The notes below the pieces were generated by a model. That model did not search any database, had not been told where the DNA came from, and was given only the letters and a program-made list of their open reading frames with translations. A DNA stretch of 64,000 nt from a bacterium (lineage in GTDB: Bacteria; UBA8248; JACPRG01; G963555815): contig CBDHDG010000006.1 in NCBI GenBank assembly GCA_965261595.1, positions 1,664,001 through 1,728,000 of the forward strand, given 5' to 3'. The position numbers and the translations under genes were made by a program. This document shows, one piece after another, positions 61,362 through 64,000 of the stretch. How positions within the stretch are numbered: the first letter of the stretch is position 1; every line of letters starts with the position of its first letter.

Positions 61362-61390
61362 TTGCGAGGACCGCGGCCAGGTGATAGTTT
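61362..61390 (+). promoter_or_regulatory. Candidate sigma70 promoter of rpmB
   Basis: TTGCGA-N17-TAGTTT with extended -10 TG. Confidence 0.45.
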
Positions 61391-61456
61391 ACGAGGGTTG
61401 TCCATCCGGTTTTCAGAGTTGACACCCGTTGAAGGGCCATTCTGGGGGTTCAGGCT

Positions 61457-61690
61457 GTGGCGAAGCGATGTGACGTTTGCGGAAAAGGTCCGGTTGTCGG
61501 GAACCGGGTGAGCCACGCCCACAAGGTCTCGAAGAGGCGTTGGGAGCCCAACCTCCAGCGGGTCCGCGTTCAGGTGAACGGCGGCGTCCGCCGGCTATCG
61601 GTGTGCACCTCCTGCATCCGGTCCGGAAAGATCCAAAAGGCCCCGCGCGGCGGATCGAGACCCGAAACCGAACCGGCCGCGACCTCCTGA
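61457..61690 (+). CDS. rpmB: 50S ribosomal protein L28 (Zn-binding form)
   Basis: MAKRCDVCGK...GNRVSHA...RRWEPNLQ...VCTSCIRSG. Confidence 0.96.
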   Translation: MAKRCDVCGKGPVVGNRVSHAHKVSKRRWEPNLQRVRVQVNGGVRRLSVCTSCIRSGKIQKAPRGGSRPETEPAATS

Positions 61691-61713
61691 AACCTTCCTC
61701 CCGGCCTTGGTCT

Positions 61714-63951
61714 TCAGACCCGTTCACCCGCCGGCCTGAACCCGAACTGATCGCGCTCGGTTGATTTCCGCTGACCAGGCGCGCCTTTCATCCGTTCGGC
61801 CTTCAACACCCCCTGGATGCCGTTCAGCGCCCGAAGCACCCTCTCCAGATGACTCAGGTCGTGGATCTGAATCCCCAAACGGATGGTGGCCCCTTCTCCC
61901 TCCGGCCGGGTGTCGGCATGCATGTGGCCGATATTGGCGTCGCTCTCGGCGATGACCCCGCTGATCTGGGCGAGGAGGCCCTTTGCGTCCACGGTTTCCA
62001 GGTGTAACTCCACGGTGTGCTGGCCCTCGGTTTCCGCGTCCCACTCCACTTCAACGCGCCGTTCGGGCTCGTAATCCATCACGCTGACATTGGGGCAGTC
62101 GGTCATGTGGATGGTCACCCCCCGGCCCCGGGTGATGAATCCGACGATGGGGTCCCCCGGGACGGGATTGCAGCATCCGGCGGGCCGGACCAGAACGTCC
62201 TGGATGTCCTTGACTTTGACGCGGCTCGAGTCCGCCGGGCCGCCTGTGAGAATCCCGCCCTTCTCCGCCGCCCCCGCCGAGGCCTTTTTCTTGGGTAGCG
62301 ACTGGATCACTTCCGGGGGCAACAGCTTCGCCATCACCTGTCCGGACGCGAGGCGGCCGAAGCCGACCGCGAGGATCAGGTCCTTCGCCGAGCTCAGGTC
62401 GAGAGCGCTGGCGGCGGCCTTCAAGCTCTTCTCTTTGAGCAGGCCGTCCCGGGCGCTTTTTCCGTAGCGGGCCGCCTCCTTTTCCAGGATCTCCCGGCCC
62501 AGCCCAAGGGCGCGTTCCGTCTCCTCGGTCCGCAGGAAGGCGCGGATCCTGTGCCGCGCGCGGCCCGTTTTGACGAATTTCAGCCAATCCCGGCTGGGCT
62601 TCCGTCTGAGAGAGGTGATGATTTCCACGATCTCGCCGTTCTGCAAGGTCCGCTTCAGGGGGACCATCTTTCCGTTGACCTTGGCGCCGGCGCAGTGGTT
62701 GCCCACATCGGTGTGGATCTCGTAGGCGAAATCCACCGCCGTTGCGTCTCGCGGCAATTCAACCACCTTGCCCTTGGGCGTGAAGACGAACACCGCTTCC
62801 TGGAAGAGGTCGGTCCGCAGGGTATGGAGGTACTCCTTCGGATCCTGGACTTCCTTTTGCCAGTCCAGGAGCTGCCGGAGCCAGTTGAACCGCTCGTCGT
62901 CCTTCTCCTCCGCCGGCCGGCCCTCTTTGTAGAGCCAGTGGGCGGCGATGCCCGCCTCGGCCACCTGGTGCATTTCCCCGGTCCGGACCTGGAACTCCAC
63001 CCTGTGCCCCCGCGGGTCCAGGACGGTGGTGTGGAGCGATTGGTACTTGTTGGCCTTGGGCAGGGCGATGAAGTCTTTGAACCGCCCCGGAATGGGCATC
63101 CAGAGCGAGTGGATGGCGCCCAGGACCGCATAGCAGTCCCGGACGGAATCGGTGATGATTCGAAGGGCGGTGAGATCGTAAATCTGCTCGATGGAGACGT
63201 TCTGGGCGATCAGCTTTCGGTGGATGCTGGGGATGCTTTTGGTCCGGCCCATGACGCGCACGTTCAGTTCGGAGGCCTTGAGCTCGGACTCCAGCGCCCG
63301 GGCGACTTCTTCCAGGTAGGCTTGGCGCTCCTCCCGGCTGGCGGCCAGGCGGCGGCTGATGTCTTCGTGTTCCGCGGGGTGAAGGAATCGAAAGGCCGAT
63401 TCCTCGAGCTCTTCCTTCATCCAGCCCATCCCCAGCCGGTTGGCCAGGGGGGCGTAGATGTCCGTTGTCTCCCGGGCGATGGATTGTTGTTTCCCGGGCC
63501 CGTGGAATTCGAGGGTCCTCATGTTGTGAAGACGGTCCGCCAGTTTGATGATGATCACGCGGAGGTCCTGGGACATCGCCATGAGCATTTTTCTGAAGCC
63601 GTCCGCTTGACGCTCCTGGGCGCTGGTCGCCTCGATCCGGCTGATTTTTGTCACCGCGTTCACCAGCTCGGCCACCGTCTCGCCGAACATCCGGCGGATT
63701 TCCTCCGGCTGGGTGTGGGTGTCCTCCACCGTGTCGTGCAGCAGCCCGGCCGCCACGCTCGTGGCGTCCAAATGAAGATCGGCCAGGAGGCCCGCCACCT
63801 CGAGGGGGTGGGACAAGTACGGCTCGCCGGAGAGGCGGACCTGTCCCCGGTGCACCTTGGCGCAGTAGACGTAGGCCTTCCGGACGAGGTCGAGGTCCTC
63901 TTCCGGCAGGTAGGTCTCGAGTTTTCCGATGATGTCTTCGAGGCGGATCAT
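61714..63951 (-). CDS. spoT: Bifunctional (p)ppGpp synthetase/hydrolase
   Basis: HD hydrolase (SGEPY..HP, LHDTVED), YQSLHT, TGS (FTPKG...AVDFAY..HT), ACT domain. Confidence 0.95.
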   Translation of the reverse strand: MIRLEDIIGKLETYLPEEDLDLVRKAYVYCAKVHRGQVRLSGEPYLSHPLEVAGLLADLHLDATSVAAGLLHDTVEDTHTQPEEIRRMFGETVAELVNAVTKISRIEATSAQERQADGFRKMLMAMSQDLRVIIIKLADRLHNMRTLEFHGPGKQQSIARETTDIYAPLANRLGMGWMKEELEESAFRFLHPAEHEDISRRLAASREERQAYLEEVARALESELKASELNVRVMGRTKSIPSIHRKLIAQNVSIEQIYDLTALRIITDSVRDCYAVLGAIHSLWMPIPGRFKDFIALPKANKYQSLHTTVLDPRGHRVEFQVRTGEMHQVAEAGIAAHWLYKEGRPAEEKDDERFNWLRQLLDWQKEVQDPKEYLHTLRTDLFQEAVFVFTPKGKVVELPRDATAVDFAYEIHTDVGNHCAGAKVNGKMVPLKRTLQNGEIVEIITSLRRKPSRDWLKFVKTGRARHRIRAFLRTEETERALGLGREILEKEAARYGKSARDGLLKEKSLKAAASALDLSSAKDLILAVGFGRLASGQVMAKLLPPEVIQSLPKKKASAGAAEKGGILTGGPADSSRVKVKDIQDVLVRPAGCCNPVPGDPIVGFITRGRGVTIHMTDCPNVSVMDYEPERRVEVEWDAETEGQHTVELHLETVDAKGLLAQISGVIAESDANIGHMHADTRPEGEGATIRLGIQIHDLSHLERVLRALNGIQGVLKAERMKGAPGQRKSTERDQFGFRPAGERV

Positions 63952-64000
63952 GTGCGTTTCATGGACCCCCGGCCTGTTGTATCCCGCCAACCGGCCGGGC

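Noticed and set aside
1..64000. tRNA, rRNA, prophage or cas genes
   Set aside because: None recognised by eye on either strand

Overview
GC-rich bacterial chromosome segment; taxonomy cannot be fixed from the sequence alone, though the gene content suits a Gram-negative, Nitrospinota/deltaproteobacterium-like organism. Core genes (dapL-folK-deoxynucleoside kinase-panC, uvrA, recG, rpmB, relA/spoT, aquaporin) alternate with accessory catabolic genes (CoA transferase, amidohydrolases, M24 peptidase, cyclodeaminase, orphan Mo-hydroxylase large subunit, amino-acid ABC transporter plus amidinotransferase-fold enzyme). There is also a TPR-TPR-ExbB-ExbD-TonB operon and a heme-c/6xPAS hybrid histidine kinase followed by cheB. 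Mobile DNA includes a partial IS3 and a complete IS1595 with perfect TIRs, an 8-bp TSD and a passenger gene; this IS interrupts an unannotated 37-aa membrane-protein gene. A transposase-less cassette has IS1595-like ~85-bp inverted ends, and there are REP doublets and two CTAG-bounded MITEs. The most unusual spot is 39.1-39.9 kb: two stacked MITEs, a cas-less 5-repeat/4-spacer array with low-complexity GC repeats resembling distorted type I-E CRISPR repeats, and an attC-like remnant, just upstream of an SPFH-domain gene. About eight single-base frameshifts and one nonsense change affect accessory genes only; they may be long-read errors or real decay.
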